DNA of 63,753 nt, counting the filler, from Conidiobolus incongruus B7586 (Eukaryota): the NCBI GenBank assembly GCA_000697335.1. It is 16 parts of 16 records of this genome, joined end to end, with 100 filler letters (N's around TTAATTAATTAA, not from the genome) between each part and the next. Parts side by side here need not be neighbours in the genome. Positions count along the whole stretch, not along the records: positions 1 to 5,318 come from JNEM01007307.1; positions 5,419 to 9,700 come from JNEM01007309.1; positions 9,801 to 31,083 come from JNEM01007310.1; 13 more parts are not named here. The stretch is one strand, 5' to 3'. The position numbers and the translations under genes are program-made. Of the stretch, positions 1 to 11,102 are shown piece after piece. A model generated the notes under the pieces. The model was not told the DNA's origin and made no database searches. It worked only from the letters and a program-made list of their open reading frames with translations. How positions within the stretch are numbered: the first letter of the stretch is position 1; the number at the start of each line of letters is the position of its first letter.

Positions 1-1210
1 AATTAAATTAATTTAAATTAAAATATATAATAAACTTAAATTATATATTTATAATTAAATATATTTAATCTAATTATATTAATTTTTAGTTAATATATTA
101 AATTTAAATTTTACCTAAAATAAGTTATCAATTTATATATTTTAATTATAGAAAAAAAGTTAAAACTTAACATATCTATATTTTACTTTTTTAACTTCCT
201 TAAGTTTATAAGGTATAGAGTGAATTAACCTCTTTTATTAAAAAGGATTAATTTTATTTTAATCTTTTTAAATATATTTTCAAAGTTTATTTAAATATAT
301 TATTGGTGGAAAAGTTTTAATTTTTTTTAACTAATCTTAAAATTATTTAATTAGATTAAGCTTAAAAGATTAAAAAAACCATTTCATAACTATTATCTTA
401 TTATTTTTAAAATATTTTAATAATAAAAATAATAGTATAACAAAAGGTATTATTTTATTAGAAAATAATAATTGATTAATTTAACTTATATTATTCAATA
501 GTTTTTTTTAATTTATTATTTAAACTATTTTAATGTATCTCAATATTAATTCCTTTATTAAATTTATAAAAATACTTGATACTAACAAATAACATATATC
601 TTTAAATTATAATTAATCTATCATTATATTTTTTAATTAAAATAACATAATGATTATAGAGTAGTTTTTTGACTATTCTAAAATATTTAATTTTTTTATT
701 AAATTTATTAAAATATATTTTTGCTTTATTAAATTAAATAACTTTATTCTAATTAATTTTAATTTAACTTTAATAAAAACATTTAAACTCCCACTTAACT
801 TTATAATAAGACTTTTTTAGTTAATGGTGTTTTTTTAAAATATTAGTAAAATTTATTTTAATATAAAATATATATATTTATATTAATATTAATATTAACT
901 AATATTTTTATATAATCTTATAAATTTTTCCATATTTCTATAATAGTATTATATTTATTTATATTAATTAATCTAAAAATATGCCTTTTATAATCCTTAT
1001 ATATAATCTTGATATATTGAAATTTAAGTTAAGATATATTTTTATTATTATTATAAATATATTAACTATAGTAAACTAATTAACATTAATAATTCTTATA
1101 ATTTTATAAGTTGATTTGTTCTTATTATCAAGTTAATATATATATATAAGTAAATTTTTTTAATAAGGGATTTAAATATTTTAATACTATTATAATTTAA
1201 AATGATAATT
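1..1210 (-). mobile_element. Degenerate Tc1-like (DD34E) transposon, truncated
   Basis: Reverse complement aligns by eye with the copy at 31184-32607, differing mostly by C->T/G->A. Inner direct-repeat remnant near 112-140. Confidence 0.85.
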
Positions 1211-1231
1211 TAATATAATAATATTAGTATA

Positions 1232-1323
1232 TATATTAACTTACAAAAATAAGCTATAAAATCAAAATTATAAATATTTTAATTAATAATTAAAATAACT
1301 ATATATATTAAATTACTTAAAAT
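1232..1323. mobile_element. Terminal fragment of another Tc1-like copy, interrupted by an LTR
   Basis: tatattaacttacaaaaataagctataaaatcaaaa is a transition-mutated form of the family terminus TACACTGACCTGCAAAAGTGAGTTATAAAATCAAAA (reverse complement of the end at 52153). Confidence 0.7.
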
Positions 1324-1722
1324 TATAAGTATAGTAGTAGTTAAACTAATATAGTGTAGAGGAAAACTTGATATAAAAGTAGTGTGGTATAGAATATAAT
1401 AATATAATTTAGTTATAGTGTGCAAGTGTAAACAAAGTTTAATTAAGCTTCAAACTAGGGTAAGTCACTAATATATTAAGGTTTATATTAGGTAGTGTTA
1501 ATATACTATAATATTAATAGGAAGTAGTTTTAATTTTAGAAGTAATATAAAAGAAAAAAATAATAAGAATTAAGAAAAAAAAGAGGAACCTAGTTTATTA
1601 AATAATTCAATGCTATTTATATAATTAATTTAATTATATAAGTATAAATTAATCATATAATTTATAGTTAATTAAATTATATAAAAGTATATATAAGAGT
1701 TTAAAGAATTAGTCTCTTAATA
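1324..1722 (-). repeat. 3' LTR of gypsy family A (399 bp)
   Basis: Same sequence recurs at 5039, 35182 and 58590 and is adjacent to the PPT. Confidence 0.9.
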
Positions 1723-4700
1723 CTCCCCTAATAAGTTTTTTAGAGGAGATACACTCTTTAGATTTTTACAAATAGGTATAATAAGCTAAAGTATTCTTAA
1801 TTTTTTCTAGGGGTTTTTATATAGCTTTTTTAATTAGATAACCTATCTATTTTATATAAAAATAAAGCTTGTTCCTAATAGATTTAAATTTAATTATATA
1901 ATTAACATAATATTCTTTTGCTTTATTTTAATTAATAATTAAATCTAGTTTTGGAGCTTTTAATTAATTAAGAAAAATATTAAAATCTTTAAAATATAGT
2001 TTAATTTTAGATATATGAAAGGTAGGGTTGATTCTTAAAGTTAAAGGTAATTCTAAAGTAATATTTTAAAAATTGAAATCAATAAATTAAATTTTATAAG
2101 GATTATAATATAATAATAAGTATTTTAGATTTCATCTAGATTTAAATAGGGTAGGTTTAAGAATAGATTGTTCTAAGTATACAAACATGTTAATTTTATA
2201 TTTAAGAGGATTTTTAAATAATTTTAAATATTGTTATTCTATAATTTTTTAATTTTCTTCTAAGTTAAATTTAATAAGAGAATTAATATACTTGATATTA
2301 GATTAAAATTCAACAATATCTAAAGGTAAATTAATATAAAATTTTAGAGCAATTATTAAGTTAGGATATTTACTATAATTAATAAAATAAAGATTAAAAC
2401 CTGTTAATTTATTAATAAAAGTGTTGAATAAATAATAAAGTTGGTAAATATAGGGATTTTAATTTAACTGATTAGTGTTAATATAAGCTTTAATTATTTA
2501 CTTTAGGGTTTTAATAGTTTTTTCAACAAGTTTATTAGTTTATTAATAATTAGTAGTAAAAATAGTTAGGTTAATCTTAAAGGAAAAGGATAGTAACTTC
2601 TAAAATTAAAAGTTGAATTATATATCTTTGTTAAATATAATAATTTATAGAATTTTATAATAAGTAAAGATATTAGAAAATAATAGTTTTACAATATTTT
2701 TAACTATAAAGGTTTTGAAATAGGGAATAAAATAAACATATTTAAAGAATAAATTAATTACAATTAATAAGTTATTATAACTAATTGTTGATTTAAGGAT
2801 TTCTATAAAATCAAGTTAGATTTATAATTAAGTTTTATTAAAGGCTTATAAAAGAATAAGTTTACTATATTTTAATTGGGTATTATATTTAATTCTTAAA
2901 TATATATTATAGGTAATAATGTATTTTTAAATTAATATAAATAATGAAGGCTAGTAATATTTTATTTTAATTCTCTTAATAATTTTTAACTAATTTTAAT
3001 ATCCTTTAATAAATAAGTTATAACACTTATTAAATATTACCTATTAAATCTTAAGAAAGTTAAAGATATATAGATAATTATTATAATATAGTAAGTTATC
3101 AATGATTTTAAATCTTTTAATATATTTTAATTAATTTTCTAATAGTTTAGAGAGTTCTTTAATTAAAATAAAAAATCATTATTTAATAATATTTCTTAAA
3201 ATAGTTTGATGAATTTTTTATTTCCTTTATTAATAATCATTGTGTTAATACTTGCTGGGTTTTTATAATTAGAATAAAAGGGTAAATATTTAAGATTTCT
3301 TAACAAAGTATCTATAATATAATTTTATTAACTTAAAAGATATTAGATAAAAAAAAGGTAAGCTTAGATATTTTTAATTTATTTAGTTTATCTTCTTATT
3401 AAATATTTTTGAGTCTTTAAGTAGATGAGTGATTTGTAATCTGTAAGTATTAAGAAAAAATTATATAATAAGAAATATGAATGATTTTTGATTATTTCTA
3501 TTAAAGTAAAAAGTTCTAGTTTATAAACTAGGTATTTTAGTTTAGCTTGCTTTATTTTTCTTAACTGGAATATTATAAACTTTAAGATAATGTTTATAAG
3601 ATTAAACTTAACTTATTCTCCCTTATTTATTATTTTATCTTATAGTTAAAAGGTAAAATATAAATTAAATTTAAATTAGGTTAACTATTTATTAAATGTA
3701 AAAAAATTAAAATTAGTAAAAATAATAGTAGATAATTTAAAATCAAAAATAGATAAAACAAAAACATTGGTAATATAGAAAATTAAAGCATTTATGCAAA
3801 AAATATATAGTAGGGTTTATTCAAAGAAAAGTTTTTTCTTAAAAGATTAGTTAAAAGAGTTATAAGTTTAACAAAAAAATCAATAAAATCTTTAAAATAA
3901 TTTAATAATCTAAGAATAAATATAAGTTGATCTTTGTTTATAAATATAATAAAAGCTCTTACATTATTAAGTTTAGTTTGATTAATATTAATTCTTTAAG
4001 AAGAAACAATATAACTATAAAAGGGGATAGAAGAAACATTAAAAATATATTTTAATAACTTTAAAAGTAATTTATATTTTTGAATAATTTATAAAACTTA
4101 ATTTATATATTAGATATACTCTTCTTTAGTTTTTGAATAGATTAAGATATTATTAAGATAATATTAATAAAATTATTAAAAACAAGGTTAAAAAGGGAAT
4201 TGATAAATTAAGTAAAAATTATAAAGATAGTATATAATCTAAAGTTTATAACAATAAATTTATAGTAGCTTAATAGAGTATTAAAAATAATTAAGGAAAT
4301 AGAAATTTCTTCAACTTTAATATTATAATAACTATTTTTAACATCTAATTTAGTGAATATAGTGGATTTAAGTAGTTTATCTTTAATATCATATAGGTTT
4401 AATAATAGGGCTTTATCCTTGATAATTTTAGAGTTTAAAATATAATTATTAATATATAGTCTCTAACCACCATTAACCTTTTATATAAAGAGGATAAGAG
4501 ATTTTTATAATAAGGAAAAAAGTTTAATATACCTATTTTCAAATAATTTTTAGATTTTTTCTTTCAAAGTTTAATATTATTTAAGAGATAAATGATAAGT
4601 AAGCTTTAAATATAGTTGTATACCTAAAAGAAGTTTAATCTTATATTTAATATTATGATTAAAAAATAATTTACTTATAGGTTTAAAAACATTAGCAAAT

Positions 4701-5038
4701 TAATTTATTATATTATATAGGAAGTGGTTATTAGTTAAAGCTTCAATAAAATTAATAGATAAAATACTAATAGATGAATAATAAACAAATAAATATTTTT
4801 ATAAATTATTAAGGTTTTTAATTAGTTTTTTATATTAGTTTTTGCTTATAATAATAGAATTATTTGATATAATTATAGAGTTGATATTAGGTAAAGTATT
4901 TAGTAGTTTTATAATAAGGTAAAATAAATTTTTTGAGATTAATTCTATTAATTTTCTTTTGAAATATAAATGAAATAGATTTGATATAGATAATAATTAA
5001 TTTTTAATAGGTATTTAATAGTTTTGTTATTGCTACTA

Positions 5039-5318
5039 TATAAGTATAGTGGTAAATACTAATATAATATAGAGGAAAAATTAATATAAAAATAGTATAA
5101 TATAGAATATAGTATTATAATGTAGCTGTAATATACAAATGTAAATAAAGTTTAATTATGTTTTAAATTAGGATAAGTCATTAATATATTAAAATTTATA
5201 TTATATAGTATTAATATACTATAATATTAATAGGATATAATCTTAATTTTAAAAATAGTAAAAAGGTAAAATATGGTAAGAATTGAGAAAAAAAAGAACC
5301 TAGTTTATTAAATAATTC
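5039..5318 (-). repeat. 5' LTR of gypsy family A (cut by gap)
   Basis: Direct repeat of 1324-~1608. On the minus strand it is followed by a mutated TGGTAGCG-type tRNA-iMet PBS. Confidence 0.85.
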
Positions 5319-5418
5319 NNNNNNNNNNNNNNNNNNNNNNNNNNNNNNNNNNNNNNNNNNNNTTAATTAATTAANNNNNNNNNNNNNNNNNNNNNNNNNN
5401 NNNNNNNNNNNNNNNNNN
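5319..5418. other. Artificial scaffolding spacer N44-TTAATTAATTAA-N44 (one of 15)
   Basis: Identical 100-bp spacers start at 5319, 9701, 31084, 33164, 35568, 39145, 45024, 47112, 49202, 51912, 53290, 56960, 59557, 60712 and 62311. The 12-mer gives stops in all six frames. Confidence 0.97.
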
Positions 5419-6747
5419 ATATTACACAAAGAATTAGTAGTAGTTTTTAATAAGGAAACACGTCAAAAAATCATGAAATTGTCTCACGATCATACCACAG
5501 GGGGTCATTATGGAGCTGAGAAGACTAAAGAATTAGTCAGCCGCCAATATCACTGGAAATCATTAAAGAAAGAGATCAGAGAGTATATACGCAGATGCCA
5601 CGAATGCAATAGGAATAAAATAGCAAAAAATCAAGCTATAGGGTCCCTTAAACCGTTAGAAGTTCCATCTAAACCATTTGAAACAATATCGATGGATTTC
5701 ATTACAGACATGCCCCCAGTAAAGGAACTTGATACAATATGGGTCATTACGGATCATTTTACAAAGATGACACAGTACATTCCGATCTCCAAAAAGACTA
5801 AGGCTTCAGAATTAGCCCGATTGTTCGTGGAAAATCATGTAAAACGCTTTGGCCTACCATTCAATATAATTTCTGATCGTGATAAATTATTTACATCAGC
5901 ATATTGGAAAGAATTTTTATATAAACTAAGGATAAGGCTTAAACTCTCGTCGGCTTATCACCCCCAAACGAACGGGCAAACAGAAAGAATTAATCAATGT
6001 TTAGAAACCTATTTAAGGATATTCAGTAATTTTAGTCAAAATAATTGGGTAGAATTATTACCATTAGCGGAATTCACTTTTAACAACTCTTATCATTCAG
6101 CAATTAAAACCACACCATTTAGAGCTCATGGAGGAGTTGACCCAAGCTTCATAACTACGAACAAAATAACGAGAATTCCAAGTTTAGATGAAAAAATGCA
6201 ACTTATGCAAGAAACACAATCCAGATTAGCAATTATATTACGTAAGACCAAGAAAAAATACAAAGAACACTACGATAAAAAGAACCGAAACAGGAGAGAT
6301 GTGGATTACACAAACAAATGGGTATATTTATCAGCAAGGAACATTAAACTCAAAAGAAGAAGCAAGAAACTTTCTCACAAATACTTAGGTCCCTTCAAAG
6401 TGATACAAAAAATCAATGAAGTCAGTTTCAAACTTGCTCTTCCCCAAGGATACCGCATACATAATGTATTTCATAGTTCTCTATTAAAAGAAGCAGAAGG
6501 ACCAATAGATGAACCACCAGAACAAATCCTTACTGAAGAAGGTAGTGACGAACAGGTACATAAAATTTTGAAAACCAGAACAAATAATGGTAAAACACAA
6601 ATATGCATCCAATGGAAAGGGAAATCAGAAGAAGAAGCAGAATGGAGGGATATTCAGCCTATCACAAACAATAATCAAGATAGAGAGGATCCCATTTCCA
6701 CGGAAGACGTTGACAGACAGGAATCAGAAAGAGAAGGAGGGGAATAG
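5419..6747 (+). CDS. Ty3/gypsy pol C-terminus: integrase plus chromodomain (family B), intact, 5' end lost in gap
   Basis: HHCC zinc finger (H..GHYG..CHEC), ISMDFITDMP, IISDRD, SSAYHPQTNGQTERIN, GPF motif and chromodomain-like VHKIL..QWKG..EAEW. Frame is open back to the gap. Confidence 0.95.
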   Translation: MLHKELVVVFNKETRQKIMKLSHDHTTGGHYGAEKTKELVSRQYHWKSLKKEIREYIRRCHECNRNKIAKNQAIGSLKPLEVPSKPFETISMDFITDMPPVKELDTIWVITDHFTKMTQYIPISKKTKASELARLFVENHVKRFGLPFNIISDRDKLFTSAYWKEFLYKLRIRLKLSSAYHPQTNGQTERINQCLETYLRIFSNFSQNNWVELLPLAEFTFNNSYHSAIKTTPFRAHGGVDPSFITTNKITRIPSLDEKMQLMQETQSRLAIILRKTKKKYKEHYDKKNRNRRDVDYTNKWVYLSARNIKLKRRSKKLSHKYLGPFKVIQKINEVSFKLALPQGYRIHNVFHSSLLKEAEGPIDEPPEQILTEEGSDEQVHKILKTRTNNGKTQICIQWKGKSEEEAEWRDIQPITNNNQDREDPISTEDVDRQESEREGGE

Positions 6748-7036
6748 TGTCACGAGTCAACGTGACATTACCTAAAATAGGATATAATAGGAACATTTAA
6801 AGTTCCACTTCCCTTGAAATAATCACTACAAGACAAAAGGACAAAGAAGACAAAGAAGACAAAGAAGGCCAAAAGAAGTATAAGAGAATTCATCAGAATA
6901 GCTAGATGAGCTATTCTGGTCATTCCTTTAACAGATCTAATAATTAATAAATAAGTTCCTCAGAGTTATAATATTTTATTCACATTAATTAGCTATCATT
7001 ATGGTACTGTTACGTTCTATTTTATCTCCTGTAACA
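6748..7036 (+). repeat. 3' LTR of gypsy family B (289 bp)
   Basis: Follows the PPT gagaaggagggg. Termini TGTCAC...GTAACA. Contains GACAAAGAA-type tandem repeats, TATAAG and AATAAA. Confidence 0.8.
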
Positions 7037-7266
7037 TTCAAAGAAGTTCCCCTCGCAGAGTCACCTCAGACATCAGTATTCAAATTAACATTTGTCCTGC
7101 TATGTGTAATGGTTAGCTGGGGAGGAACTTGGTTAACTACAGGAAGTAATCGCTGGATAATGCGTTTGTGTCTACTAATGAGTTGGGGAATCCTTATACA
7201 TCAATGTGATGACTTCGTGGTGAATTCTTCAGCTCCTCATTGGCGGATCTTAGAGGTAGTTGACAT
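7037..7266 (-). pseudogene. Possible decayed gene 5' fragment abutting the LTR
   Basis: GC-elevated. ATGTCA in a host-like start context; the frame MSTTSKIRQ*GAEEF... has three TGA stops. No family recognised. Confidence 0.3.
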
Positions 7267-7577
7267 AAATTAATTTAATATTAGTCAAATATATCTTAAT
7301 TTATTGAATATTTAATAATTAATTATTGAGATCACTGTAAATTACTTAATATTGAAGTCAATTTGATAAAGGTGATCATGTGTAAATAAATTCATTAATT
7401 TGTAATAATTTATTAAAGAAAATTGAATAAAAGATTAATATTGAATAAATAATTGATAATATATCTAATAATATTTAATTATTATTAAATATCACATTTT
7501 ATAATTATGATATAAACTTCATATTAACAATTTAAATAAAATATTTTATTAATTATAATATATCTATAAATTTAAAA

Positions 7578-7620
7578 TTATTCAATTCTAGATTTTTTAA
7601 CTTTATCATTATTATTTTCA

Positions 7621-7651
<31 letters not shown>

Positions 7652-8544
7652 TATTATCTAAAGAAGACTCTGGTAAATCTTTATACTTTATAAAACCTTT
7701 ATGCCTATGACAAAATTTTAAATTTCTATTCCCATTATATCTATTTTGAATTAAATCGTAAAAATATTTGTAAAAGTATAATAAATTCTCTAATTCTTGA
7801 TTGTAGTCTACAATCTTGCCAAATTCTAAATACTCTTTGAAGAAGAAGTAAATAGCTTCAATAGTGGCTAAGTAGTGTTCACTAAATTTTTGATACCGCC
7901 AAAATACTGTCGTGTAGGGGTAGGTCAATTGAACTTTTTGGAATTTGCTTATAAGTGGACTGTATGTGACCATGGCATTGGCTTGACTCCAAGTACCGTC
8001 AATTACTATCATTCTTTCAATTTTAGCAGGCTCTCCATTCTTATTTTTAGCTTGAATACGTTTCATAGCTTCTTCTATAGTGATAGAATTCTAATTAAGT
8101 GAATATGAATTATGTTGATGAATTATTATCTATAAATACTTACAGGCCCAGGAAACAATAACAAACAATTTTCGGGATTTTCAACTTCTGGTAACTCCTC
8201 AGGATAATTCCAAATTGATACTGATTCAGGTGATAAAATTTTCGCGTGTAAAGCTGTTGATTTCCCGTCAACTTCTTTACTATGTTTAATACTAAATTGA
8301 ATTAATTAGTTAAATAATTTGTAAATTATTTATATGAATATTACATATCTAAATGGGTAGGTAAAGGGTCCAAAATAGGTAAGTCTTTATTCGTCATACC
8401 CACCGGAATTAGACATCGGTAACAAAAAAATTTAACTGATCGCTGACATTTGGGACAAGGTAAACGTTCTTTACACTCGTTTAATTTGGAAGTATCGGGT
8501 AAATTAGGTAAATCTAATATATTTTTAATATTTTTTAATTCCAT
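7578..8544 (-). CDS. DTW-domain tRNA-uridine aminocarboxypropyltransferase (DTWD1-like), 3 exons
   Basis: N-terminal CPKC..FCYRC, IDGTWSQA (DXTW motif) and YLATIEAIYFF. Introns at about 8292-8344 and 8091-8143. Confidence 0.9.
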
Positions 8545-9800
8545 TTTTTTAATGAATTTTGTGAATTTGTATTTATTGATTTATTGGGATAGTTTATATT
8601 TATAATAATTGAGAATATTTTATGGGTTTAAATTTATTTAGAATTGATATTGAATTTTTAATCTTGAAATATAATATAGATTTAATAATAGTTAGTAATG
8701 AATTACCAATAATAAAAAATATATATTTAATTATCATATTCTAAATCATGTAATCCTGCAAAATATATAATTTTTTTCTTATAAATAGTAAAATAATTAA
8801 AATTTTGCAATAGGATTGTATGAAATTGACAGATAAAATTGATATCAAATATATAGTTAATTATGAAAAATTATTTTTTTCGATGTCAGTATGCCATTTA
8901 AAATAATAAAATGAAATTTGATAAGCTATTACTAATTGATTTAAATTCATCTAGTGTTTTAATGATTCCAAGTTGAATTCTTTCATATTATTATATAAAT
9001 ATAGAAATTTTTAAAAATTAAGTTTTTTTTCTTTCAAAATTTATATAATTCATTATTTTTAGTTGAACTGATATCCATTTAATTAAATTGTAATGATAAA
9101 ATCTTTTATATACTTCTGAAATATATATCATATTTTGTTAATATAATATAACTTGAAGTATAAATAATTCTATATTTATATTATTTTTATTTAATAAATT
9201 TTTTTAATTTCTATTTAAATTTAAATTATATTTTGCATTAAAAAACAAGAAAATTTATAAATCACTATAAATAGTAATATATTTTAATCAACAAAATTCA
9301 ATGTTTATACTAATCATTATAAGATAGAGCATTTAATATAATATTGCACAAATTAGAGTTATTATATATAATATTTAATTTTAAATATTATAAAAATACT
9401 ATTTAATATTAGAACTTATCAATATAGTAAATATCATTATTGTTATAAGTTTGATATCAATAAAATCTTAATTTAAGTTTATAATTAAGATATTTATTTT
9501 GATAATATTTCTGAATATTAATTATAATTTATCTTAATCAAAAAAATATACTGACTTTTATTAATAATTAGAAAAATATTAAATTAAATAAACTACAATT
9601 CATAAGATATAAATTATAGATATATTTTATATTCTATTATATCTAATCATCTATAATTAATTATATATTATATCATTTTAATGAATAAAAATAATTATAA
9701 NNNNNNNNNNNNNNNNNNNNNNNNNNNNNNNNNNNNNNNNNNNNTTAATTAATTAANNNNNNNNNNNNNNNNNNNNNNNNNNNNNNNNNNNNNNNNNNNN

Positions 9801-9892
9801 AAATAATGGGAAATTTTTTAATTTCTGATTTTTTAAATATATTATTAGTTTAAAATAAATAAATATATACAAAGTTAATAGGAAATTATATA

Positions 9893-9924
<32 letters not shown>

Positions 9925-11102
9925 TAGTTTTTTTGATTAAAAAATTAACTTTTTAAAATTGGTTGTTTAATTTAATCATGTTTAAACTAAATAGTAATCA
10001 TCAAAAGTTTTTTATTTTGGTATTAGTAAAACTTAACCATAAGCCCTCTAGAATTATTTAAAATTTACAAGCAACTTTTGGTAATGAAGTATTATCTAAA
10101 TCAACAATTTATTGCTAAGTAAATTACTTTAAGGTTAAGAGAGAAACTATTCAAAACCTGTTAAAATCTAGAAAATTTTTAACTGTTATTTTTTCAATTG
10201 TAAATAAAGTGAAAAAATATATTGAAAAGTACCTTTTTATTTTAGCTAAAGAATTATCTAAGTACTTTAATATTAGTTTTACAAGTATTTTATATATTTT
10301 AAAGTTTAAACTAAAATTAATAAATAAAAATATAAAATAGGTACCTTATAATTTAACTAAAGTTTAAAAAAAAGCTAGAGTAGTTATTGTTAAACAAAAC
10401 CTATTAAAATATTACTAAAAGCTTAAACTTTTATAGTGAATAATTACAATTAATGAATCTTAAATCCCTATATATAATCCTTTATTAAAACACAAATTAA
10501 AATACTAGATTAAGTTAAATTAACCCCCTCTACAAATCTTTTTAAATAAGTATTTTGTTAATAAACAAATGTTAATTATTGTAATAAATTATAATGATAT
10601 ATGCTATTCTTATTTAGTTCTTAAAAGAAAATTAATTAATAATAAATTATATATTGTTTTTTTAAATAAAAGTATTTCTAATTGGTGTTCTCAATATAAT
10701 TTAAAAAAACTTATTATTTTATATGATAATTGTAAAATACATAAATTTAAAGCTGTAAAAAACTTTCTAATTAAAAATAACTAGAAAAAACTACTACATC
10801 TAGTATATTCCTTTGATTATAACCTATGTGATTATAATTACTTTAGGTAATTAAAAAACTAGCTTACAGGAAAGAAAATTTCTACAAGAAAATTTAATTA
10901 GTTTGTAAAACATTAAATTTTAGTCCTTAATAAAAAAAACTATTTTTTAAGTGTTAGAAGTTTGTTAAAAGTATAGTAAAAAGTTATTAATAATAAAAGA
11001 AACTATTAAATTTATATTATATATTTATTTTTATATATCATATATTCAAATGTTTATTTATTTTTAATTGCAAAAAATTCCTATTATTAAAAATACAGAG
11101 TA
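9801..11102 (+). mobile_element. Degenerate mariner (DD34D) transposon
   Basis: ATG at 9978. Remnants: NLQATFGNEVLSKSTIY (HTH), K*VPYNL (WVPHEL), ITINES* (ITxDESW), LYDNC, HLVYSFDYNLCDY (HPPYSPDLAPSDY). ~30-bp TIR ends ...aaaatacagag-TA. Confidence 0.9.

Larger units (their letters stand above)
1324..5318 (-). mobile_element. Degenerate chromoviral Ty3/gypsy element (family A) with both LTRs; RT-RNaseH-integrase-chromodomain remnants
   Basis: LTRs at 1324-1722 and 5039->5318. PPT ggggag (rc of 1723-1728). PBS-like tagtagca (rc of 5031-5038). Internal sequence is homologous to the better-preserved copy at 58590-60711. Confidence 0.9.

Noticed and set aside
5363..5374. Recurring palindrome TTAATTAATTAA between N runs
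   Set aside because: Identical 100-bp unit repeated 15 times with six-frame stops: an assembly linker, not biology.
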